A stretch of DNA of 64,000 bases from Buchnera aphidicola (Microlophium carnosum) (GTDB lineage: Bacteria > Pseudomonadota > Gammaproteobacteria > Enterobacterales > Enterobacteriaceae), in assembly GCA_011752475.1 (NCBI GenBank), contig CP048747.1, forward strand, positions 77,584 through 141,583, given 5' to 3'. The notes under the pieces are model-generated. The model was not told where the DNA came from. It saw only the letters and a program-made list of their open reading frames with translations, and ran no database searches. Each line of letters starts with the position of its first letter. Within the stretch, counting starts at the first letter, position 1. Below, piece after piece: positions 45,045 to 55,241 of this stretch. Both the position numbers and the translations under genes were made by a program.

Positions 45045-45729
45045 ATATTTTCTATATAATAGATTATGGAAAAGAAATTCTTCTTTAGTGCAATTATTAG
45101 GATTATGTCCTGTTTTAGCCATGACAACAAATTCTGTAAATGCTATAGGTTTAGGGATAACAACTACTTTAGTATTAACTTTTACAAATACGACAATTTC
45201 TATTTGTAAAAAAATTATACCTAATGATTTAAGAATCCCAATTTATATGATGATTGTTTCTTCTACTGTTACAGCGATAGAAATGTTGCTTCATGCTTAT
45301 CAATTTAATTTATATCAATCTTTAGGTATTTTTATTCCATTAATAGTTACTAATTGTATTATTGTAGGACGAGCAGATCTTATTGCTTATAAAAATTCTA
45401 TAATAGAATCTTTTTTTGACGGTGTTTTTATAGGTTTAGGTTCAACTTTTGCTATGTTTATAGTAGGTTCTATGCGTGAGATATTAGGTAATGGAACTTT
45501 ATTTTTTGGGATTAATAAAATTATATCTAATATAGATAATTCTATGTATATTACATTGTTAGATAAACAATATACAATAATTTTAGCTATTCTCCCTCCT
45601 GGTGGTTTTTTAATATTAGGTTTTATAATTGCTATTAAAAATTTTATCGATTTGCACTATCAAAAAAATACAAGAAAAAATACTGTTACATGTTTGTGTA
45701 CTAATAAAATAAAAAAAATAATACAATAA
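45034..45729 (+). CDS. rnfE: Rnf/Rsx complex subunit E
   Basis: [32 protein letters not shown] vs E. coli RsxE ...[26 protein letters not shown] 45034 with an AAGGA Shine-Dalgarno is preferred to the listed start at 45010. Confidence 0.92.
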   Translation: MNIKYFLYNRLWKRNSSLVQLLGLCPVLAMTTNSVNAIGLGITTTLVLTFTNTTISICKKIIPNDLRIPIYMMIVSSTVTAIEMLLHAYQFNLYQSLGIFIPLIVTNCIIVGRADLIAYKNSIIESFFDGVFIGLGSTFAMFIVGSMREILGNGTLFFGINKIISNIDNSMYITLLDKQYTIILAILPPGGFLILGFIIAIKNFIDLHYQKNTRKNTVTCLCTNKIKKIIQ

Positions 45730-46361
45730 TGAATAACAAAAAACGTTATAATATTTTATCACTTTTTTACAAAAAATATCCTGACCCGAACATAGAATTA
45801 GTTTATTCTTCTGACTTTGAATTATTGTTATCTGTAATTCTGTCCGCTCAATCTACTGATTTTTCTGTAAATAAAACTACTAAAATATTATTTCAAAGAG
45901 CAAATACTCCTGAAAGTATTTTGTTATTAGGATTAAACAATCTGAAAAATTATATTAGAAATATTGGCTTATATAATACTAAAGCATTGAATATTATTCG
46001 TACTTCTTTTTTAATATTAAATAAATACAATGGAATAGTTCCAAACAATCGTATTGAATTAGAGTCTTTACCTGGTGTAGGAAGAAAAACATCTAATATT
46101 ATTTTAAATATATTATTCAAAAAGAAAACTATTGCTGTAGATACACATGTTTTTAGGGTATCGAATCGTACTAATTTTGCTAAAGGGAAAAATGTGAAAG
46201 AAGTTGAAAAAAAATTAATTAAAGTAGTTCCTAATATTTTTAAATTAAATTTTCATTCTTGGTTTGTTTTACACGGGAGGTATATTTGCACTGCTCGGAA
46301 AATTAAATGTAATATATGTCTAATATTTAAATTATGTGAGTTTAACAAGAAAATTTTTTAA
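45729..46361 (+). CDS. nth: Endonuclease III
   Basis: FELLLSVILSAQSTDFSVNK, LPGVGRKTSNIILN, and Fe-S cluster loop CTARKIKCNICLIFKLCEF. Confidence 0.93.
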   Translation: MNNKKRYNILSLFYKKYPDPNIELVYSSDFELLLSVILSAQSTDFSVNKTTKILFQRANTPESILLLGLNNLKNYIRNIGLYNTKALNIIRTSFLILNKYNGIVPNNRIELESLPGVGRKTSNIILNILFKKKTIAVDTHVFRVSNRTNFAKGKNVKEVEKKLIKVVPNIFKLNFHSWFVLHGRYICTARKIKCNICLIFKLCEFNKKIF

Positions 46362-46382
46362 TATTTTTTTATGGATGTATAA

Positions 46383-48560
46383 GTGATTATTGTAAAAGTT
46401 GTTTTACCTCTTCCTATCAGACAATATTTTAAATATTTTATGCCTGATTTTATGTATCCTGTAATTGGAGGAAGAATTTTAGTTCCCTTTAATTCTAAAT
46501 GTATTATAGGTATCGTAGTCGCTTTTTATAAAAAAAATGATATAAGTAAACTAAATTTTAAATATGTTAAAGCATTGATTGATACTAAGTCACTTTATAC
46601 CAATATTATATTAGATCTTATTAATTGGATCAATAAACATTGTCATTGTCCTATTGGGAATTTATTTTTTTCAATTTTACCAAAGATCTTACGTTCTAGT
46701 CATGTTATAAAAAATAAATATATTTGTCAGTGGAGTATAACAAAAAAGGGTCAAGAATTAGATTTGAATTGTTTGAAAAGAAAAAAAAGACAATTATATA
46801 CTTTGCTTTTTTTAAAAAAAACAAATATTTTAAGTACTGAATTAAAAAAATATAACTTATCTCATGTGATTTTAAAGAAATTAGAAAATCAAGAGTTATG
46901 TACAAGAAATATTAATTATGAAGTATTTTTTAAAAAAAAAACATTTATACTAAAGAATGTTTTTTTCAATAAAAAAATATCAATTGTTCTTGATAATATT
47001 TTAATAAGAAAACGTTTTTCATCTTGGTTGTTAACCAAAATTAATTTATATTCTAAAGTTAAATTTTATTTGGGTTTAATTAATTCAGTATTATATCAAG
47101 AGATGCAAATTTTAATCTTAGTTCCTTACATTAAAAATATAAATATCATTTTAGTTTTTTTAAAAAAATATTTTAATGTATCTATTGATATAATGCATTC
47201 AAAATTAACTAGTACTAAACACTTTAAAAATTGGATTAGAACAAAAAATGGTGAAAATTCTATTGTTATTGGTACAGGAACAAGTATTTTTTTACCTTTT
47301 TTAAAATTAGGTGTTATTATTGTTCTTGAAGAACATAACTTGCAATACAAGAGTACGGATCAATGCAGATATAATATTAGAGATTTAGGGATATTGAGAG
47401 CATATAAAGAAAATATACCTATAATTTTAGACTCAGAAACTCCATCATTAAAAACATTGTATAATATTTTGCACAAAAAGTGTTTTTATATTGAATTAGA
47501 ACAATATAATTATATAAATCAATTAAATCATCGTATTATTGATTTAAAAAAAGACAAAATAAAATTTGGTTTATCTTTAACTTTAATAAATGAAATTTAT
47601 AAAAACTTTAAAAAGAAACAAGTTTTATTAATTTTTAATAAGTTTAGTTTATTTTTTTTTGTATTAAAATGCAATAAATGTCATTGGATATTTGAATGTA
47701 GTAGTTGCAATCATTATTTAGAAATTAATCAATATCGTAATATTTTGTTTTGTAAATTTTGTTTAACTTACATTAAAAAACCAATTTTTTGTTATAATTG
47801 TGGATATGTTTCTTTAGTGGCAATAAATATAGATATAGAAAAAATTCAAAATAAAATACGGGATATTTTCCCAAATATTCCATTATTTTTCTTATTAAAT
47901 AAAAAACATATAAATAAAAAAATATTCAATATAAAGATTTTTGAATTTTCTATTTCTAGTCCTTGTATTATTATTGTAACAGAAGAAATTGTTCAACATT
48001 GCTATTTTCCTCATATCAAATTAATTGTCTTAACTTGTATTGATAATTATTTTTTATCTTTTAACTTCCGATCCATAGAATATTTTGCTCAATTTTACAT
48101 CAATTTAACTCAATTAACTAGAAATTTAAAAGAGTCATTTAAAATATTAATACAAACATCATTTCCTAATGATCTAAATTTAAAAGAAATATGTAATGAC
48201 GGATATTATTCGTTTGCAAGAAAAATATTACTAATTCGAAAACAATTTTTACTACCTCCTTGGAGTTTTCATAGTATCGTTTATTCAGAAAGTGTACGTG
48301 CTGAATATAATATAATTTTTTTAAATTTAATTCGTAAAATACTACAAAAAAAATCTAATAAATACAATTGTTTTTTATGGTTTATAGGTCCTCATAATAC
48401 ATTTGTATTAAAAAATAAAAAAAAGTATTTTCATAAATTATTAATTCAATGCTCTTCACGTATTTTGCTTAATAATATATTAAATGAATCCATTGATTTA
48501 ATTGATATTTTTACTATTTCTAAACGAGTTAATTGGTTTTTAGATATTGATCCAAATTAA
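46383..48560 (+). CDS. priA: Primosomal protein N' (PriA) with degenerate helicase motifs
   Basis: GTG start; 725 aa. Colinear with E. coli PriA from the N-terminus (VKVVLPLPIRQYFKYFMP...RILVPFNSKCIIGIVV) through the Cys4-Cys4 zinc region (CNKCHW..CSSCNH...CKFC...CYNCG) to the C-terminus (WFLDIDP). Confidence 0.88.
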   Translation: MIIVKVVLPLPIRQYFKYFMPDFMYPVIGGRILVPFNSKCIIGIVVAFYKKNDISKLNFKYVKALIDTKSLYTNIILDLINWINKHCHCPIGNLFFSILPKILRSSHVIKNKYICQWSITKKGQELDLNCLKRKKRQLYTLLFLKKTNILSTELKKYNLSHVILKKLENQELCTRNINYEVFFKKKTFILKNVFFNKKISIVLDNILIRKRFSSWLLTKINLYSKVKFYLGLINSVLYQEMQILILVPYIKNINIILVFLKKYFNVSIDIMHSKLTSTKHFKNWIRTKNGENSIVIGTGTSIFLPFLKLGVIIVLEEHNLQYKSTDQCRYNIRDLGILRAYKENIPIILDSETPSLKTLYNILHKKCFYIELEQYNYINQLNHRIIDLKKDKIKFGLSLTLINEIYKNFKKKQVLLIFNKFSLFFFVLKCNKCHWIFECSSCNHYLEINQYRNILFCKFCLTYIKKPIFCYNCGYVSLVAINIDIEKIQNKIRDIFPNIPLFFLLNKKHINKKIFNIKIFEFSISSPCIIIVTEEIVQHCYFPHIKLIVLTCIDNYFLSFNFRSIEYFAQFYINLTQLTRNLKESFKILIQTSFPNDLNLKEICNDGYYSFARKILLIRKQFLLPPWSFHSIVYSESVRAEYNIIFLNLIRKILQKKSNKYNCFLWFIGPHNTFVLKNKKKYFHKLLIQCSSRILLNNILNESIDLIDIFTISKRVNWFLDIDPN

Positions 48561-48725
48561 AATTAAATAGAATACATATGTTAAGAAATAATTATTGATT
48601 TTATATTTTACTCATTGAAGTTTTAATGAAATTAGAATAAAATATTTTTTAAAAAATATAAAATCTAAATCCATTTATAGATAGTTTTTGATTTGTAAAA
48701 AATTAATATTAAAAAAGAGGTTTTA

Positions 48726-49994
48726 ATGAGTGAATTTAATTTAATTAAAAGATTACGCAATAGAGGATTAATATCTCATATTACTAATGAAGATAATTTA
48801 AGTACACTCATTCAAAATAAAAGAATTTCTTTGTATTGTGGTTTTGATCCTACAGATGAAAGTCTTCATATAGGTCATCTTTTACCTTTAATTACTTTAA
48901 GAAGATTTCAAATAGCAGGTCATAGACCTATAGTACTCGTAGGAGGAGCTACAAGTTTAATTGGAGATCCTAGTTTTAAAGAAAAAGAACGTATTTTTAA
49001 TACTAATAATAATATTAATAAATGGACAGAAAAAATTAGCAAACAAATTTCTTCTTTTTTAGATTTTAATTGTGGGGAAAATAGTGCTTTGTTATTAAAT
49101 AATAATATATGGTTTAATAATATTAATATATTATCTTTTTTACGAGATGTTGGAAAATATTTTTCAATTAATACTATGATCAATCGGGCAGCAGTGAAAA
49201 AACGTATTACAAGACCAGATCAAGGTATTTCATTTACAGAATTTTCTTATAATTTATTACAAGCATATGATTTTTTTATTTTAAATAAACAATATGAAGT
49301 AGTTCTGCAAATTGGGGGAGCTGATCAATGGGGCAATATTTCTTCAGGGATGCATTTGATACACCGTAGATCTAAGAAAGAAGTATATGGTTTGACTGTA
49401 CCTCTTCTTATACAATCTAATGGCATGAAATTTGGTAAAACAGAATCAGGAACTATATGGTTAGATGCAAATAAAACTAGTCCTTATAAATTTTATCAAT
49501 TTTGGATGAATATAGAAGATGAAAACGTCTATCATTTTTTAAAGATTTTTACTTTTATAAAGATAGTAGAAATCAATAAAAGAGAACAAAAAAAGCACAT
49601 TAATAATCAAATCATTGATGACAAGTCTTTTCTTGCAAAAAATATTACTCAGTTAGTACATGGAAAAGAAAATTTATTAGCAGTAGAAAGAATTACAGAA
49701 TTCTTATTTTTTAAAAATATTACTAATATTCAAGAATCTGATTTTCAGCAATTAAAAAAAGATGGTATACCATTTATTAAAGTCAATCAAATGAAAGATT
49801 TACAAGAAGCATTAGTATTAACTTCATTAGCACAATCTCGTACTCAAGCTAAAAATATGATAATTTCAAATTCTATATCTATCAATACTCAAAAAATAAG
49901 AAAAAATCATATTTTTAATAACCAAGATAAATTGTTTGGGAAGTTTACTTTATTATCTAGAGGTAAAAAAAATCATTCTTTGTTATGTTGGTAA
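48726..49994 (+). CDS. tyrS: Tyrosyl-tRNA synthetase
   Basis: YCGFDPTDESLHIGHLLPL (HIGH), GGADQWGNI, KFGKTESG (KMSKS-type). Confidence 0.94.
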   Translation: MSEFNLIKRLRNRGLISHITNEDNLSTLIQNKRISLYCGFDPTDESLHIGHLLPLITLRRFQIAGHRPIVLVGGATSLIGDPSFKEKERIFNTNNNINKWTEKISKQISSFLDFNCGENSALLLNNNIWFNNINILSFLRDVGKYFSINTMINRAAVKKRITRPDQGISFTEFSYNLLQAYDFFILNKQYEVVLQIGGADQWGNISSGMHLIHRRSKKEVYGLTVPLLIQSNGMKFGKTESGTIWLDANKTSPYKFYQFWMNIEDENVYHFLKIFTFIKIVEINKREQKKHINNQIIDDKSFLAKNITQLVHGKENLLAVERITEFLFFKNITNIQESDFQQLKKDGIPFIKVNQMKDLQEALVLTSLAQSRTQAKNMIISNSISINTQKIRKNHIFNNQDKLFGKFTLLSRGKKNHSLLCW

Positions 49995-50001
49995 TTTATT
50001 T

Positions 50002-50394
50002 TTAATTTATTGAAAAACTTTCGCCACAACCGCAAAAATTTTCTAATTTAGAATTGTAAAACTTAAATATTTGATTAATATTATTTTTCACAAAATCTAT
50101 TGTCACTCCTGCTAAAAATGGTATATCTTTAGAATATATATATACGAGAATATTTTTATAAAAAAAACTTATTTCTTTTTTATCTTTTTCTTTTTTAAAA
50201 TCTGAAGATTTTACTAATTTCATAGTATAGCGGAAGCCTGCACATCCTGATTTTTTTACACTTAATCTTATCCCTATATTATCAGAATTTAAATTAATTA
50301 GAAATAATATTTGTTTTATGGCATTGTTAGTTATTAAAATATTATTCCATATATTTTGATTTGGTAAATAAGTACTAGCCTTATCTTTATTCAT
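50002..50394 (-). CDS. sufA: A-type Fe-S cluster carrier (HesB/IscA family), SufA-like
   Basis: GIRLSVKKSGCAGFRY and NQIFKFYNSKLENFCGCGESFSIN match E. coli SufA ([39 protein letters not shown]). Confidence 0.8.
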   Translation of the reverse strand: MNKDKASTYLPNQNIWNNILITNNAIKQILFLINLNSDNIGIRLSVKKSGCAGFRYTMKLVKSSDFKKEKDKKEISFFYKNILVYIYSKDIPFLAGVTIDFVKNNINQIFKFYNSKLENFCGCGESFSIN

Positions 50395-50630
50395 AATGTC
50401 CTCTTTTTGTAAAATATATTTATAGAAATAAAAAAAATGAATTGAGATATGCTTCTATTGTCAATGAGTATTTGTATATTAAACAATATTATTTTTTATT
50501 AATTATTTTTATAAATTTTGATGTTATAATTATTTTATATTTCTATAGAAATATAAAATTTTTTTATAAAACTACATTAATTTTACAAGAAATTATTTAT
50601 AATATAAAAATATTGAGGTACAAACATTAT

Positions 50631-51713
50631 ATGCAAAATCCAAAAGAGAAAATGGATTTATCGCAGTCTATTTTATCACTAATATTTATTATTTCTATAG
50701 GTGTAATAAGTTTTTTAGTAATTCATCCATTTATGTTGGGATTTTCTTGGGCGAGTATGATTGTAATTGCTACTTGGCCTATTATGTTAACAATACAGAG
50801 ATTTTTAGGTGGACAGCGTTCACTCGCAGTAATGGTGATGATTATTACTTTACTGCTGTTTTTGATTATTCCAATATTTTTTTTAGTAAACAGTTTAATT
50901 GCAACAAGTATACCTATTATTCATTGGTTTAGCTCAAATATTTTAGAATTTCCAGAATTAGTATGGCTTCAAGATATTCCCCTGATTGGTAAAAAAATAT
51001 TCATTAATTATCAAGAATTATTAGATAGTGATGGAGGTGAGTTAATTCGTGAAATAAGACCCTACATGGGACGTACAACTGAATTTGTTATACTGCAAGC
51101 TAAAAATTGTGGATTGTTTTTTGTACATTTAATATTAATGCTATTTTTTAGTGCTTTACTGTATTGGAATGGTGAAAAAATCAGTAATATTATTCATCGT
51201 TTTGCATATCGTATTAGTGCAAAAAATGGGTATACTATTATTTTACTAGCAACTCAAGCAGTGAGAGCTGTTGCATTAGGTGTTGCAGTAACAGCTTTCA
51301 TACAAGCTCTTTTGTCTGGTATAGGATTATTGATTTCTGGTATTCCTATTTGGGCTTTTTTAATGATAATAATTTTTTTCTCTTGTTTAATACAGATAGG
51401 ACCGTTGCCTATTTTAATACCTTCTATTATATGGCTGTATTGGAATGATGATACTACTTGGAGCACAATATTATTAATTTGGAGTTGTTTGGTATTCATA
51501 CTTGATCATATACTTAGACCGTTTTTTATACGTCTAGGAGCTGATTTACCTATTTTATTGACTTTATCTGGAGTATTGGGTGGTTTAGTGACTTTTGGAA
51601 TACTTGGTTTATTTATTGGTCCAGTAGTATTAGTAATATTTTATCGTTTAATAATATCATGGATGTATGGAATTTCAATTACATCTTTTTTAGAAAATAC
51701 ATCGTTAAAATAA
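50631..51713 (+). CDS. ydiK: AI-2E/PerM-family (UPF0118) inner-membrane transporter YdiK
   Basis: HPFMLGFSWASMIVIATWPIML..QRFLGGQRSLAVMVM and GPLPILIPSIIWLYWNDDTTW are colinear with E. coli YdiK. ATG 50631 (GAGG upstream) is preferred. The listed ORF start at 50442 adds 63 low-complexity codons. Confidence 0.88.
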   Translation: MQNPKEKMDLSQSILSLIFIISIGVISFLVIHPFMLGFSWASMIVIATWPIMLTIQRFLGGQRSLAVMVMIITLLLFLIIPIFFLVNSLIATSIPIIHWFSSNILEFPELVWLQDIPLIGKKIFINYQELLDSDGGELIREIRPYMGRTTEFVILQAKNCGLFFVHLILMLFFSALLYWNGEKISNIIHRFAYRISAKNGYTIILLATQAVRAVALGVAVTAFIQALLSGIGLLISGIPIWAFLMIIIFFSCLIQIGPLPILIPSIIWLYWNDDTTWSTILLIWSCLVFILDHILRPFFIRLGADLPILLTLSGVLGGLVTFGILGLFIGPVVLVIFYRLIISWMYGISITSFLENTSLK

Positions 51714-52071
51714 AATTTTAATTGATATCAAGACAATAGATAAAATAAATACTTTTAATTAAATATAATCTAAATTATGATAATATAGAAGAAATAATTT
51801 AGTTATATCTAGAAATTACTAAACAGAAAATTAATCATACTATACAACTATAATTTTTTATAGGATTTGATTTTCATTTTTTTCTGTTCGAAACTTCTGT
51901 CATATTATTTAAAGTATACTATTAAAAATTCTGCTCCTAATATTATGAATATTATTCTATTGAGTATTTTAAAAACTATTAGAAACAAGATTATGACTAG
52001 TTAGTTTTTTTATGATTGTTATCAAATCTTCATATTCTTTCCAGAATAAAAAAATTCATTTAGAGAACAAA

Positions 52072-53118
52072 ATGAAAAAAACAGATGAACTACGTACAAT
52101 ACGAATTGATCCATTAATAACTCCAGCTGAATTAGCAAAGCAATATGTGATTACTTCGGAAATTATGGACACTGTTATTGCAACGAGACAAAATATTGCT
52201 CGCATTATGACTGGAAAAGATTTGCGATTACTTGTTATAATAGGTCCATGTTCAGTTCATGATCCCATTGCTGCAGTAGAATATGCACATCGATTATATG
52301 AATTACGAGTAAAATACAAAGATCGTCTTGAAATTGTAATGCGTACATATTTCGAAAAACCGAGAACAGTTGTTGGATGGAAAGGACTGATTTCAGATCC
52401 AGATTTAAACGGGACTTTTCGAGTTAATCATGGATTAGCTGTAGCTCGTAAATTATTGTTAGATATTAATGCATTAGGTATGCCTGCAGCAACAGAATTT
52501 CTCGATATGGTTATAGGTCAGTTTATTGCAGATTTAATTAGTTGGGGCGCTATTGGAGCAAGAACAACAGAAAGTCAAATTCATAGAGAAATGGCTTCTG
52601 CATTGTCTTGTCCAGTAGGTTTTAAAAATGGTACTGATGGTAATATACGAATTGCAATTGACGCGATTCGCGCAGCAAAAGTTCGACATTTATTTTTAGC
52701 CCCTAATAAAGATGGACAAATGACCATTAATCATACTAGTGGTAATCCATATGGGCATATAATTATGCGAGGTGGTCGTTCTCCTAATTACCATGCTGAT
52801 GATATTAATTTAGCAGTAAAACATTTACGTGAGTTTAATCTAGTAGAACATTTAATGATTGATTTTAGTCACGGTAATTGTTTGAAAGAACATCTTCGTC
52901 AAAAAAATGTTTCTAATTCTGTTTCATATCAAATTTCTCATGGTTCTCGAGCTATATTTGGTGTTATGATTGAAAGCTTTTTAGAAGAAGGTTTTCAAAC
53001 AGTAACTAATACTCAACCATTAATATATGGTAAATCAATTACTGATGCTTGTTTAAATTGGAAGGATAGCACGTTAATTATTAAACAATTAGCAGATGCT
53101 GTAGATGCTCGTTTTTAA
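52072..53118 (+). CDS. aroH: DAHP synthase (AroH-type)
   Basis: MKKTDELRTIRIDPLITPAELAKQY...RLLVIIGPCSVHD vs E. coli AroH MNRTDELRTARIESLVTPAELALRY...RLLVIIGPCSIHD. ATG 52072 gives 348 aa as in E. coli. Confidence 0.94.
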   Translation: MKKTDELRTIRIDPLITPAELAKQYVITSEIMDTVIATRQNIARIMTGKDLRLLVIIGPCSVHDPIAAVEYAHRLYELRVKYKDRLEIVMRTYFEKPRTVVGWKGLISDPDLNGTFRVNHGLAVARKLLLDINALGMPAATEFLDMVIGQFIADLISWGAIGARTTESQIHREMASALSCPVGFKNGTDGNIRIAIDAIRAAKVRHLFLAPNKDGQMTINHTSGNPYGHIIMRGGRSPNYHADDINLAVKHLREFNLVEHLMIDFSHGNCLKEHLRQKNVSNSVSYQISHGSRAIFGVMIESFLEEGFQTVTNTQPLIYGKSITDACLNWKDSTLIIKQLADAVDARF

Positions 53119-53123
53119 TTTAT

Positions 53124-53163
53124 ATGCTAGTCAAAAAAAATTGACTAGCATGGTTTTTTTTTT
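53124..53163 (+). terminator. Rho-independent terminator after aroH
   Basis: Perfect 11-bp stem atgctagtcaa (53124-53134) / ttgactagcat (53141-53151), A6 loop, then GG + T10 (53154-53163). Confidence 0.85.
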
Positions 53164-53309
53164 GAAAGTTTGTTGTGCGAAATTTATCTTTATATTCTTG
53201 TATATAGAAACTTTTTTTTATATCAGAATACATACTATATAAATGTTTTATAAATAATTGATTTTTTTATATTAAAAAACGATTAAGATTTTTAATTAAG
53301 GACTTAAGA

Positions 53310-55238
53310 ATGCCTGTAATAAGATTTTTTGATGGAAGTCAGCAGGTGTACGAGCATTCTGTTCCATTGATAGAGATTATTAAAAATAAAAAACCTAATA
53401 TTATAAAATCTCTTGTTGCAGTTTCTGTGAATAATCATTTTGCAAATTTTAACGATTTAATAGAAGAAGATTCTTTTATAGAATTTTTTAATCAAACAGA
53501 TCATAAAACATTAAATATTATTCGATATTCTTGTGCACAACTTTTAAGTTATGCGATAAAAAATATATGGTCCTTTTCACAAATTGCGACAAGCAATATT
53601 ATAGAAAATGGTTTTTATTGTGATGTAGATTGCGAAAACAAAATTTCAGAACAAGATCTTATCTTATTAGAAAAAAATATGAATATTCTTATAAAAAAAG
53701 AATATAATATTTTAAATAAATTAGTCTCTCATGCTGAAGCGAGAAAAATTTTTCAAAAATTTTTTGAGAGATATAAAATTTCTTTAATTGATAAAAAAAA
53801 CAATTGTGAAAAGAAAATTTCTTTGTATTACCATGAAAATTATGTAGATCTTGATATGGGAATGCAAGTTTCTAATATAAAATTTTGTAAATATTTTAAA
53901 CTTCAGAAAATTGGGGGGGTTTACTGGGAGAAGAATAAAAAAAATAAAATGCTACATCGTATTTATGGTACAGCTTGGTCTAGTAAGGAGGAACTAGATA
54001 AACATCTTAATTATTTAAATGAGCTCGAAAAAAGAGATCATAGAAGAATTGGAAAATTTCTTCAATTGTATCATATGCAAGAAGAATCTCCGGGTATGAT
54101 TTTCTGGCATAATAAAGGTTGGATTATTTTTAATGAACTGCAAAATTTTGTTCGATTAAAGCTAAAAGAGTATCAATATAAAGAAGTTAAAACACCATTA
54201 TTGATAGATAAATCAATTTGGGAAAAAAGCGGACATTGGGATAATTATAAAAATGCTATTTTTACTACATCATCAGAACATCGAGAATATTGTATTAAAC
54301 CAATGAATTGTCCTGGACATGTACAAGTTTTTAATAGCAGATTAAAATCTTATCGAGATTTACCTATTCGTATGGCAGAATTTGGAAGTTGTCATCGTAA
54401 TGAACCTTCAGGTTCTTTACATGGACTCATGCGAGTGCGAAATTTTACTCAAGATGATGCTCATATATTTTGTACTAGAGAACAAGTACGCGCCGAAATT
54501 AATGATTGTATTAAAATGATATATGATATGTACAGCATATTTAATTTTAAAAAAATATTAGTTAAACTATCTACTCGTCCAGAAAAACGTATTGGAACCG
54601 ATTCTTTATGGGATGAATCAGAAAAAGATTTATCTGATATGTTACTAGAAAATCATTTATCATTTGAATATCAATCAGGAGAAGGTGCTTTCTACGGACC
54701 TAAAATTGAATTTATTTTACAAGATTCTTTAGATCGAAATTGGCAATGTGGAACAATTCAACTTGATTTTTATTTGCCATTACGTTTAAATTCGTTCTAT
54801 ATAAATGAAAATAATGAACGTCAAGTTCCTGTAATTATTCATCGAGCGATATTAGGTTCAATAGAACGATTTATTGGTATACTCATTGAAGAATGTTCAG
54901 GTAATTTGCCAACATGGTTATCTCCGATACAAGTAGTAATTATTGGTATTACTGATATTAGCTCAGATTATGTTAAAGAATTATTTATAAGATTTTCTGA
55001 TGTTAACATTCGTATAGAATCTGATTTAAGAAATGAAAAAATTGGTTTTAAAATTCGTGAACATACACTACGTCGCATTCCTTATATACTAATTTGCGGT
55101 AAAAAAGAAATTAGTTCTAGAAAAATATCTGTTCGAAATAGAAATGGTTATAATTTCGGCATGATTGATATTGATTTTTTTATTGAAAAGTTACAAAAAG
55201 AAATTATTACTCGTAACTTTTATCAAATGGAGGAATAA
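53310..55238 (+). CDS. thrS: Threonyl-tRNA synthetase
   Basis: 642 aa. MPVIRFFDGS, RDHRRIGK, KPMNCPGH and FGSCHRNEPSG...RVRNFTQDDAHIF are class-II ThrRS motifs. Confidence 0.95.
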   Translation: MPVIRFFDGSQQVYEHSVPLIEIIKNKKPNIIKSLVAVSVNNHFANFNDLIEEDSFIEFFNQTDHKTLNIIRYSCAQLLSYAIKNIWSFSQIATSNIIENGFYCDVDCENKISEQDLILLEKNMNILIKKEYNILNKLVSHAEARKIFQKFFERYKISLIDKKNNCEKKISLYYHENYVDLDMGMQVSNIKFCKYFKLQKIGGVYWEKNKKNKMLHRIYGTAWSSKEELDKHLNYLNELEKRDHRRIGKFLQLYHMQEESPGMIFWHNKGWIIFNELQNFVRLKLKEYQYKEVKTPLLIDKSIWEKSGHWDNYKNAIFTTSSEHREYCIKPMNCPGHVQVFNSRLKSYRDLPIRMAEFGSCHRNEPSGSLHGLMRVRNFTQDDAHIFCTREQVRAEINDCIKMIYDMYSIFNFKKILVKLSTRPEKRIGTDSLWDESEKDLSDMLLENHLSFEYQSGEGAFYGPKIEFILQDSLDRNWQCGTIQLDFYLPLRLNSFYINENNERQVPVIIHRAILGSIERFIGILIEECSGNLPTWLSPIQVVIIGITDISSDYVKELFIRFSDVNIRIESDLRNEKIGFKIREHTLRRIPYILICGKKEISSRKISVRNRNGYNFGMIDIDFFIEKLQKEIITRNFYQMEE

Positions 55239-55241
55239 AGT

